From assembly GCA_965208755.1 (NCBI GenBank), contig OZ242353.1:3866341-3930340 (forward strand): 64,000 nucleotides of DNA. The letters are read 5' to 3'. Source of the stretch: Candidatus Multivorans sp. (GTDB lineage Bacteria; Acidobacteriota; Thermoanaerobaculia; Multivoradales; Multivoraceae). The position numbers were made by a program, and so were the translations under genes. Within the stretch, counting starts at the first letter, position 1, and each line of letters starts with the position of its first letter. Positions 54,926-62,105 of this stretch are shown piece by piece. The notes under the pieces were generated by a model. It saw only the letters and a list, made by a program, of their open reading frames with translations. It ran no database searches and was not told the DNA's origin.

Positions 54926-54942
54926 GGCTTGGCCGCGCCTGG

Positions 54943-55641
54943 TCAGGGGAGGGCGGCCGTCGCCGCCGCGACCATCAAGCCCGCCAGACCGATCTCCAGC
55001 ACCTTTCCCGCGGCCCAGTTGATCGCGGCGATAGCGAACCCCGCCGGCCTGGACAGCCGGAACACGGCGGCAGCGCCCAGGCCGAGCAGAAGAAAGGACC
55101 AGACGAAGACGAAGGAGCTGACCATCAGGTCGAGAATGGCGCCGGGCGCGATGGCGGCCACGACCGCCAGCGCGTCCAGCCCTGAGCCCGCTTCTCTGTT
55201 CAGGACGTTCCGTTGAAACTCAAGGAGGCCGCCGACCTGGGTGGTTCTCAAGGCCGAGCGGACCACTAGCCCCACGGCGCTGATCAGGCTGACGTGGAGC
55301 GCCAGCGACAGGCACTGTTCGATGCTCGCCCGACCCTTCAGGGCCGCCGCCAGGAGCCGGAGCACGACGGTCTCGAACAACAGCGCGAGCGGGATGGCCG
55401 CGAGGAAGAACGAGACCATCCCGTATGGAATCTCGAGAGAGTCACCGATGCTCTCCATCGCATCGCCGAACCACCAGGCAGTCAGCAGACCGGCCAGGAG
55501 CACCAGGAAGATGCCCAATGCCAGGCCTGCGCCCCACGGATGGTGCTCGCGGATGACGACGAAGCTCTTCCGCGGAGCGGTGAAGATCCAGATCAGGGCT
55601 TTGAACCAGAGGTGACGGCTGGCCTCCGGTCGCTCGCCCAT
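54943..55641 (-). CDS. Yip1-like polytopic membrane protein
   Basis: N-terminus WFKALIWIFTAPRKSF then about 5 TM helices. Paralog of 55687-56466 (NAWLKALIGIFTSPRQSFEII). Confidence 0.55.
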   Translation of the reverse strand: MGERPEASRHLWFKALIWIFTAPRKSFVVIREHHPWGAGLALGIFLVLLAGLLTAWWFGDAMESIGDSLEIPYGMVSFFLAAIPLALLFETVVLRLLAAALKGRASIEQCLSLALHVSLISAVGLVVRSALRTTQVGGLLEFQRNVLNREAGSGLDALAVVAAIAPGAILDLMVSSFVFVWSFLLLGLGAAAVFRLSRPAGFAIAAINWAAGKVLEIGLAGLMVAAATAALP

Positions 55642-55686
55642 TTGGGGGACTGTATCGACTGGGGATCGACCTGCGCGATGGCCGCG

Positions 55687-56466
55687 TCAGGTCGGCATGA
55701 GTCGGGCTGCCAGGCCAATCGTCGCGGCCGCGAAGGCCGTCGTCGTTGCCCAGTAGATGGCGGCCAGCAGCCAGGCCTTGCGCTGTGGGACCTCGAACGC
55801 CGCGGCGGCGCCTAGGGCGAGCAACGCGAGAAACCAGACCGTGAACGGATTGATGCTCGCGTAAACGACGTTGAGCGTCGCGTTGTCGCCGGCCAGCAGC
55901 AGGTCGAGTCCCATCGGCGCCTGGAGGTCCAGTTGCGATCGGATCGCGTCGGTGCCACGGACGTGGAGGAGAAGGAAGTTGGCCCAGCTCTTGAGGTGGG
56001 TGATCACGGCCAGATGGACCATCAGGGAGAGGGACTGGACAAATCGGGGCCGTCCCTTGAGTGCTACCGCCAACAGCCACACGAAGACGGTCTGAACCGC
56101 GAGTCCGAGGGCCAGTTGCAGGGGTCCGGTGGCCATCGAAACCCATCTCGCCGCCGCGGCCGTCTGCTCGATCTGCGCCATCATGGCGTCGACCTGTTCC
56201 GGGTTGCCCGGCATCCGCTCCGTCAACTGGTTCCGCATCGCCTGGAGACCCAGAGGCGCCGAGGACATCGCCAGGGCGGCGCTTCCGGCTACGAGAAGAA
56301 GCAGCGGCGCGAGCCATGGGTTGCGGCGCCGGATGATCTCGAAACTCTGCCGCGGCGACGTGAAGATCCCGATGAGCGCCTTGAGCCAGGCGTTCCGGCC
56401 CTGTGAGTGGTCGCCGGTGGCTTTGATGTTGCGTTCGTCGTGGATGCTGCCTGCGTGCTCGGTCAT
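55687..56466 (-). CDS. Yip1-like polytopic membrane protein
   Basis: Internal Met start MTEHAGS at 56466 in an ATGA overlap with the ABC ATPase stop. The track ORF extends to 56604 inside the ATPase gene. Confidence 0.55.
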   Translation of the reverse strand: MTEHAGSIHDERNIKATGDHSQGRNAWLKALIGIFTSPRQSFEIIRRRNPWLAPLLLLVAGSAALAMSSAPLGLQAMRNQLTERMPGNPEQVDAMMAQIEQTAAAARWVSMATGPLQLALGLAVQTVFVWLLAVALKGRPRFVQSLSLMVHLAVITHLKSWANFLLLHVRGTDAIRSQLDLQAPMGLDLLLAGDNATLNVVYASINPFTVWFLALLALGAAAAFEVPQRKAWLLAAIYWATTTAFAAATIGLAARLMPT

Positions 56467-57248
56467 GTCGCGCTCCTGTTGCCGATCCAGGAGAGGCGGG
56501 AGAACCTCTCGCGCCTGGAGATACTGAGAATGAGGTTCTCGAGCCGCCCGGCGCCGTCTTCTCCCTCGGCGGCTGGCAGTTCGCGGAACTCCTCCCGGGA
56601 GCACGACAGGAGGACCTTGCCGTCCCTGATGACGGCGATGTGGGTCGACACGCGCTCGACGTAGTCGAGCATGTGGGAAGTGAGGAAGACGGCTGCGCCC
56701 TGCTCCGCCATCTGCTGCAGGATCGACATGACGGTCCGGGCGCTCAGGGCGTCCATACCCTCGAACGGCTCGTCGAGGAACAGGACCCGCGGCGCGTGAA
56801 GCGTCGCTGCCGCGAGGCGGATCTTCTTCCTCATCCCGTGCGAGTAGGTCGTGATCGGCCGTTTGGCTGCGCCTTCGAGGTCGAAGACCGAGAGCGCTTC
56901 GTCGGTCCGCTGCCCGGCGTCCTCGCGGCTCAGGCCGTAGATGCGGGCATAGGAGAGCAGCAGCTCTTCGCCGGTCAGGCTCTCGAACATCACGCTGTGG
57001 TCGGGGACGATGCCGAGTTGTTGCTTGAGTTCCGTGTCGTTGATGTCCATCGGCCTGCCCAGCAGGCGGACCGTGCCGCTCGTGGGATTGAGCACCCCGG
57101 TCAGCATGGACCAGGTCGTCGTCTTTCCGGCCCCGTTGGGACCGACGAAGCCCAGGATCTGTCCCTCCCGGACGTCCAGGTCGACGCCGTCGACGACGAC
57201 GTTGCCTCCGTACGACCGGGTCAGGTTCTCTGCCTTGATTACTTCCAT
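56463..57248 (-). CDS. ABC transporter ATP-binding protein
   Basis: Walker A GPNGAGKTT, signature-like YSHGMRKK, Walker B VLFLDEP. Confidence 0.85.
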   Translation of the reverse strand: MEVIKAENLTRSYGGNVVVDGVDLDVREGQILGFVGPNGAGKTTTWSMLTGVLNPTSGTVRLLGRPMDINDTELKQQLGIVPDHSVMFESLTGEELLLSYARIYGLSREDAGQRTDEALSVFDLEGAAKRPITTYSHGMRKKIRLAAATLHAPRVLFLDEPFEGMDALSARTVMSILQQMAEQGAAVFLTSHMLDYVERVSTHIAVIRDGKVLLSCSREEFRELPAAEGEDGAGRLENLILSISRRERFSRLSWIGNRSAT

Positions 57249-57300
57249 CCGTGAGGTGTTCCTTGTGGTTGCAGGGGCGGTAGAGGTAGGGGCAGGGGTT

Positions 57301-58887
57301 CTAGTGGGAGGAGTCCTTGAGCAGGAGTTCGCGGCCGCGGGCCGCCAGCATCCGTCTCTGCCTTTGGCGAGACGCGTAGGCGGCCGCTGCGGCGAGGAGG
57401 AGTACGCCGACCGCGATGAGCGCGGCTGTCAGCGGCGTCACGCGCTGGCGTTCCAGGAACGCCCAGAGGAGAAAGGAGAGGGCGCCCGGCAGGCCGACGA
57501 GGTGTGCGGCCACCAGGGTGGCGCCGAGCCTGGCGCCGTCGGGATCGTGCAGGAACCCCTCGTTGCGTTGAGGCCAGCGAAGCTGAATCAGGCCGTACGT
57601 TGCGGTGGCCATGAGGAATCCCGCGAGCATCAGGCAGACGGCGACGAAGAAGAACGGCCAGCCGAACCACTCAAGCGGCGTCAGTCCCAGGATGAACGCG
57701 ATGACGAAGACGATGACCGCGTTCATCGCACGGCCGGGTGCGCTGAAGATCCGCCGGACCGGGAACGGCAGCGTTAGCGACTCCCGCCATACGTGGCAGG
57801 TCGGGGGCTGCTTTCCGATGCGGAACTCGTGCAGAAAGATGGCGAAGAGAGCCGCCGGCCCTACCGCGAAGCCGCCTGCGGTGGGCACCAGGACGAGGGA
57901 GGTGCCCAAGACCAACGCGAGAACCAGACGTGCCGGTTTGAGACGCAGGAGGCACTCGCTCTCGACCAGCGTCAGGACGCCCGCCGGAGTGAGATGCTTC
58001 GCCTTGCGGAGCAGCCGGGCCACCGGCAGGCTCCCGGAAGCCGCGCGCCGGTCGCCGCCAGGACGCTCCAGGTAGCCGCGGAGCAGCAGCCGGTTCTCCA
58101 GTACGACCAGGGCGCCGAGAATCGCGAACAGGCTGCCGAGTCTCGCCAGATTCGACGCCGAAAGCCCCGGTTGGTGGACGATGCCGGCGACCAGCCCGGG
58201 CGGCGTGTAGCCGAGCCCGCCGAGAACGGCCGACTCCTCGATCGCCCGAGTGAGCCCTTCGGAAGCGATCTCTCCGCCGAAGGCCAGCACCCCGAGCATG
58301 ATCGCGCCCTGGCACGCGGCAATGATCGCCACGATGGCCAGGGCGCCGAGCTTGCCTTCGACCGGCCGGTTGACGAGAAGCGACAGGATCGCCGCGGTAC
58401 GGCCGAAGATCCACACCAGGCCCAGGATGGCGAGCAGGGTGATCGGCGCTCCGCTGACGCCTCCCGATCTCATGACGGCGAGGTAGACGCCGGCGGGACC
58501 GAGGACGGGGAGCCAGTACCCGATCGTGCTCAGGGCAAACCGGAGACCGTAGAGGTCCCGGAAGCTGACTGGCAGCCGCAGCAGATCCTCCAGGTCGAGC
58601 AGAAAGATCACGGGCGCTCGAAGCAGCACCTGGGCGAGCAACGCGACCGCCGTCACGGAACAGGCGATCAGGCTCAGGAGGTTTCTCCGCAGGACCTCGC
58701 TCTCGATGGCGAAGATCGCCGGAAGCAGCCCCAGGGTCGCGACAGTCGCGAACGCGAGGAACAGGACGGCAACGAAGATCGCCACCGCCAGCGGCTGCTT
58801 GCTCCGCCGGACCGCGTCCGGCAAGGCCAGCCGCGCGAGCGTCAGCAGCAGATCGGCCCGGCTACCCGGGTGCGTGAACGTCGCCAT
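57301..58887 (-). CDS. Large polytopic membrane protein, putative ABC-2-type permease partner
   Basis: 528 aa with at least 12 hydrophobic segments. Lies directly upstream of the ABC ATPase on the same strand. Confidence 0.55.
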   Translation of the reverse strand: MATFTHPGSRADLLLTLARLALPDAVRRSKQPLAVAIFVAVLFLAFATVATLGLLPAIFAIESEVLRRNLLSLIACSVTAVALLAQVLLRAPVIFLLDLEDLLRLPVSFRDLYGLRFALSTIGYWLPVLGPAGVYLAVMRSGGVSGAPITLLAILGLVWIFGRTAAILSLLVNRPVEGKLGALAIVAIIAACQGAIMLGVLAFGGEIASEGLTRAIEESAVLGGLGYTPPGLVAGIVHQPGLSASNLARLGSLFAILGALVVLENRLLLRGYLERPGGDRRAASGSLPVARLLRKAKHLTPAGVLTLVESECLLRLKPARLVLALVLGTSLVLVPTAGGFAVGPAALFAIFLHEFRIGKQPPTCHVWRESLTLPFPVRRIFSAPGRAMNAVIVFVIAFILGLTPLEWFGWPFFFVAVCLMLAGFLMATATYGLIQLRWPQRNEGFLHDPDGARLGATLVAAHLVGLPGALSFLLWAFLERQRVTPLTAALIAVGVLLLAAAAAYASRQRQRRMLAARGRELLLKDSSH

Positions 58888-58974
58888 CGAGTCCTGGGTG
58901 TCGTTCTAGCCGGCTCTGAGGAAAGGTGGGCCGGCACCTGGACTGGTGGCGGGCCGAATCGGCCGCTCTGCGCA

Positions 58975-59165
58975 GGAGAAACGAGACCCCCCGCCGACTT
59001 GCCTGACGCAGGGAGCGACCCTGAGCCCAGGGGCGACGGCTAGGTCTGGCAGGGGGTCCGGCTCGCAGGCCCACTGCGCCTCTGACGACCAACGAGTGGA
59101 CGCTAGCGCGCCGGGATAGCGCCCGTCAAACATCTCTGCGGGGAGGAGAGACGATGGCAACGAAG
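58975..59165. repeat. ~190-bp repeat family copy B, ending in RBS+ATG of a 31-codon ORF (59154-59249, +)
   Basis: See copy A. Ends GGGGAGGAGAGACGATG. Confidence 0.55.
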
Positions 59166-59262
59166 AGGACGCGGGAGGTCGACCTGACCGGGGCCGCTCG
59201 CGGGGGATCTCCGTTGCCATCGAACTCTCTCTACGCCGATCTACCGTGAGTGAGGGCGGGGC

Positions 59263-59550
59263 CTACTTGCAGAAGACCAACGCAACAGGTGCGTACGCTC
59301 CGATAATGGCGGCCCCGACACCGCCGGTGGCGGCGCCGGTTCCCATGGCAACGAAGCTGAAGGCGAGCACCGCGCCGACGCAGCTCCAGTTCGTTCCGCC
59401 GGTTGCCGTCGCGAGCAACGCTTCCCCGGTCTGCTCGGCCTCGACGGGGATGCTGGCCGTCGGGACGGCGGGTCCACTGGCGCCCGTGGCCGGGGCCAGA
59501 GCGAACAGAAACGTGAGAAGGAGGGTTGCGGCTACTGCTTTCTTGGACAT
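59263..59550 (-). CDS. Small secreted peptide with a double-glycine-like motif and a Gly-rich two-Cys C-terminus (bacteriocin-like precursor)
   Basis: N-terminus MSKKAVAATLLLTFLFALAPATGASG is Sec-like. An internal VEAEQTGEALLATATGG|TNWSC... resembles a GG-leader. A GTG start at VEAEQ would give an 18-aa GG-leader. Core TNWSCVGAVLAFSFVAMGTGAATGGVGAAIIGAYAPVALVFCK has 2 Cys. Confidence 0.5.
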   Translation of the reverse strand: MSKKAVAATLLLTFLFALAPATGASGPAVPTASIPVEAEQTGEALLATATGGTNWSCVGAVLAFSFVAMGTGAATGGVGAAIIGAYAPVALVFCK

Positions 59551-59619
59551 GTCGTTTCCTTTCAGTGATTCAGAGTGTCTTCGGTGTAGGGGTCTGATTG
59601 GTTTCTGGTAGGACCGGAT

Positions 59620-59979
59620 TCAGAAGAACATGGCGCAGGCCATGCCGGCGCCTGCCAGCGCCAGACCAGGGCCTGCACCGACGCCGGTCAACGCGAGAGC
59701 GAAGCCAGCGCCAGTGGCGGCTCCGCACAGGAAGTCGGAAGTGGGGCCTGCCCCTGCTGTTCGAGCCAGAACCCGGTCGGACAGGGACTGCGGCCCGAGG
59801 CCGGGGGCAGGCTGGAGGGCGGACACGTCTGGGGCCGGGGTTGGGACCGGCCCGAGATCCCAGGTGGCCCTCAGCGTGGCCGCGCCTGGGTCCTGCGCCT
59901 CGCCGGCGGTTGGTGTCGCCATAGCGGCGCCGGCAAGGAACAGGAAGAGGACGGAAAGAAAGGCAATGCGTAGTTTCAT
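59620..59979 (-). CDS. Small secreted peptide, leader-conserved paralog 1 (Gly/Ala-rich hydrophobic two-Cys core)
   Basis: MKLRIAFLSVLFLFLAGAAMATPTAGEA...ATWDLGPV is a conserved leader. Core ...SDFLCGAATGAGFALALTGVGAGPGLALAGAGMACAMFF. RBS AAGGAGCC. Confidence 0.5.
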   Translation of the reverse strand: MKLRIAFLSVLFLFLAGAAMATPTAGEAQDPGAATLRATWDLGPVPTPAPDVSALQPAPGLGPQSLSDRVLARTAGAGPTSDFLCGAATGAGFALALTGVGAGPGLALAGAGMACAMFF

Positions 59980-60043
59980 CGAGAGTTGGCTCCTTCGAGG
60001 TCTATTGGGTTGTGCGTGAGACGGACGCGTAGTTCGCTGTGGC

Positions 60044-60217
60044 TCAGACGGGGAAGTAGCAGGTAAGGGCGATCAGGCCGCCCAGGCCGGGAGCGATGGT
60101 GTCGACCATTGCCGCTACCACCATGCAAGCCCAGGAGACGGCCCAGCCGGACCCGCCGGTGACCGTCGCCAGGCCTGCCTCGGGCAGGTTCGCAATCAGG
60201 ATTGAAGTGGCGTTCAT
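60044..60217 (-). CDS. Double-glycine-leader bacteriocin-like precursor peptide, 57 aa (not in the ORF track)
   Basis: Hand translation: MNATSILIANLPEAGLATVTGG|SGWAVSWACMVVAAMVDTIAPGLGGLIALTCYFPV. RBS AAGGAGA 6 nt upstream of the ATG at 60217. Leader fits the L..E.L..V.GG consensus. Core is Gly-rich with 2 Cys. Confidence 0.6.
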   Translation of the reverse strand: MNATSILIANLPEAGLATVTGGSGWAVSWACMVVAAMVDTIAPGLGGLIALTCYFPV

Positions 60218-60257
60218 TTCGCGTCTCCTTGAGGCTCTTGGTTGTCAGGGCACGGCA

Positions 60258-60569
60258 CTAGAAGAGGATGGGAGGAAGGCACTTGTCGGGACCGGGCCAC
60301 GGGCTCGGGAACGGCCAAGGAACCGGGAAGGGGCGGGGCGAGGGAGGAAAGGGAAAGCTGTCGCAGGGCCAGGGGTAGTACACAGCCGTCCGTGTCGGCG
60401 CATCCGTCCGAAGGACGTAGCCGTCGGGGGCGGCAACCGGCCCGAGATCCCAAGCGGCCACCAGCGAGATGTCGTCCGGGCCCCGCGCCTCGCCGGCGGT
60501 CGGCGTCGCCATGGCCGCGCCGGTGAGAAACAGGAAGAGGAGGGAAAGGAAGGTAGTGCGTAGTTTCAT
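60258..60569 (-). CDS. Small secreted peptide, leader-conserved paralog 2 (Pro/Trp/Phe-rich two-Cys core)
   Basis: MKLRTTFLSLLFLFLTGAAMATPTAGEA...AAWDLGPV leader is near-identical to paralog 1, including about 50 nt upstream. Core YYPWPCDSFPFPPSPRPFPVPWPFPSPWPGPDKCLPPILF. ATGA overlap with the C39 gene stop. Confidence 0.5.
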   Translation of the reverse strand: MKLRTTFLSLLFLFLTGAAMATPTAGEARGPDDISLVAAWDLGPVAAPDGYVLRTDAPTRTAVYYPWPCDSFPFPPSPRPFPVPWPFPSPWPGPDKCLPPILF

Positions 60570-61186
60570 TGAGAGCTATCTCCTTCAAGGGTTGTGGGTT
60601 GGGGTGAAACGGACGGCATCGTGGCCGTCCGGGAAATCGGTGGCGGGCCGCTGGTGAAGGACAGAACGACGCCGTCCCAGGATCGTTCGAAGGTCCTGGA
60701 ACTCATGCGCAGCCGCCCGAGGGAGGGGTCGTCGATGACGAGTTCGTCGCCGGCGCTGCGAATGACGACGAAGTGATCGCCGTGCACGTGCGCGATCGCG
60801 GGGAGCGGGATGTCGTGGAGCCGCTGGACCGGTAGCCGGAGGCCCTGGCTCGTCACGCCTCGCTTTTCCGCGGCCTTCTTGAGCGCGAGCAGGCTGGTGC
60901 CGTCCGGGCCGGTTCCGGTGGCGAGCTCGAGCTCGGCGAGGGTCGTATCCTGGATGCCCCAGTGATCGAGGACCATCTTCAGGGCCGCCGGGCCGCAGTC
61001 GGCGCGTCTCTGCTGGCGAACGATCTCGCCTGGGGCCGGCGCCGATGGGTCGAGCGTGGCGGCCCAGGCCAGCCGGTCCATGGTCGGCCCCAGGGCCCGG
61101 GCCGCGACCGTCACGAGACCGGCCGCGAGCAGCAGACCGGCAGCGGCCGCGTGCGGTGGGCGAATCCGGAATCGCTCAGAGTGCAT
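60566..61186 (-). CDS. Standalone peptidase C39 (bacteriocin-processing cysteine peptidase) domain protein with an N-terminal TM or signal anchor
   Basis: Internal Met start MHSERFRIRPPHAAAAGLLLAAGLVTVAARALG. QQRRADCGPAALKMVLDHWG (catalytic Cys) ... LPAIAHVHGDHFVVI (catalytic His). No ABC domains are fused. The track ORF extends to 61336 overlapping the upstream gene. Confidence 0.7.
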   Translation of the reverse strand: MHSERFRIRPPHAAAAGLLLAAGLVTVAARALGPTMDRLAWAATLDPSAPAPGEIVRQQRRADCGPAALKMVLDHWGIQDTTLAELELATGTGPDGTSLLALKKAAEKRGVTSQGLRLPVQRLHDIPLPAIAHVHGDHFVVIRSAGDELVIDDPSLGRLRMSSRTFERSWDGVVLSFTSGPPPISRTATMPSVSPQPTTLEGDSSQ

Positions 61187-61682
61187 CGCCGCCGGATTCC
61201 AGAAAGGAGCGCCAGGCGATCTCTGGACGCTCTCCGGTGGTGACCGCGAGGATCCGGGACTGGCCGTCGACCAGGAACACCAGCGGTACATGGACGACGC
61301 CGAATCGCTTCGAGACGGCGCCGTCCGGATCGGCAATGGCCGCGTGGACGCCGTCGCCGTCGAGTTCGGGCGAATCCGAGCCGGCGACGACCGCGATCAG
61401 GTCGAAGGTCGGACCCTCCGTCCGTGCCATGCGGCGCAGGGCGGTGATGGTGCGGTCGCAGTTGCCGCAGCCGGCCCTGGCGAAGGTCACGACCCGCAGC
61501 CGGCCGGGAGCGGCCGGCAGGGCTTCACCGTCCGCGAGGCCCGGCAGCGCGGGGAACAGCGCGCCGACTTCGGGGCGCTGGGCCTGCCGCGCGCGGATCC
61601 CGGATTCGAACCAGATCAGACCTCCGAAGGGGGCGAGGACGGCCACGACGACGGTGGCGATGGCAAGTCGGCGGCGGTTCAT
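61176..61682 (-). CDS. Membrane-anchored thioredoxin-fold thiol-disulfide oxidoreductase (TlpA/ResA-like, CxxC)
   Basis: Internal Met start MNRRRLAIATVVVAVLAPF (TM anchor). CGNC active-site motif in ARAGCGNCDRT. Overlaps the C39 gene by 11 nt. Confidence 0.65.
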   Translation of the reverse strand: MNRRRLAIATVVVAVLAPFGGLIWFESGIRARQAQRPEVGALFPALPGLADGEALPAAPGRLRVVTFARAGCGNCDRTITALRRMARTEGPTFDLIAVVAGSDSPELDGDGVHAAIADPDGAVSKRFGVVHVPLVFLVDGQSRILAVTTGERPEIAWRSFLESGGDAL

Positions 61683-62028
61683 CGCCGCCCTCCCGCGAAG
61701 CCGGTTGCCCGCCGGCGGATCGCCGGTCTCGTCCGGCTGTGCAGCATGGAGACCAGTGGTCCGGACCGCTCGCCGAGCATGCGGAACGCGCGCGTCAGGC
61801 CGGCTTCGAGGGCGCTGGCCGGAGGATGGGAGAGGCGGGGACTCCATTCGCGCAGCAGATGACGCGCGCCTGGAGCGGTTGGCGGTTGGCGGAGGTTCGG
61901 AGGGAGGTTCGGGGACGTCATCGTCCAGCTCCAGTCGTTCCGTTCGTGACGGCCGGACGGCCGTTGTCGGGTTGTCGTTGAGGTCGAGGGCGGTCGTTCA
62001 GCGGCCGCGTGTATCGACTAAGACGCAA

Positions 62029-62066
62029 AAGGGCCTTCGGAACCCGTAACGGTTCCGAAGGCCCTT
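62029..62066 (-). terminator. Rho-independent terminator downstream of the SNF2 helicase gene
   Basis: Perfect 16-bp stem AAGGGCCTTCGGAACC / GGTTCCGAAGGCCCTT with a 6-nt loop. On the minus strand it is followed by UUUUGCGUCUU. Confidence 0.6.
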
Positions 62067-62105
62067 CGATGCAGCCGGCAGGACCGGCCTACTCGGCGCC
62101 CTGCG

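Noticed and set aside
58906-59220. Track ORF 58906-59220(-) of 104 aa
   Set aside because: Pro/Arg/Ser-rich and it lies entirely over the intergenic repeat copy B. More likely non-coding.
59154-59249. 31-codon ORF MATKRTREVDLTGAARGGSPLPSNSLYADLP with strong SD, listed as a feature
   Set aside because: Kept only as part of the repeat finding. It is very short, shows no obvious leader/core or TM features, and its equivalent in repeat copy A is 3 codons long, so coding status is doubtful.
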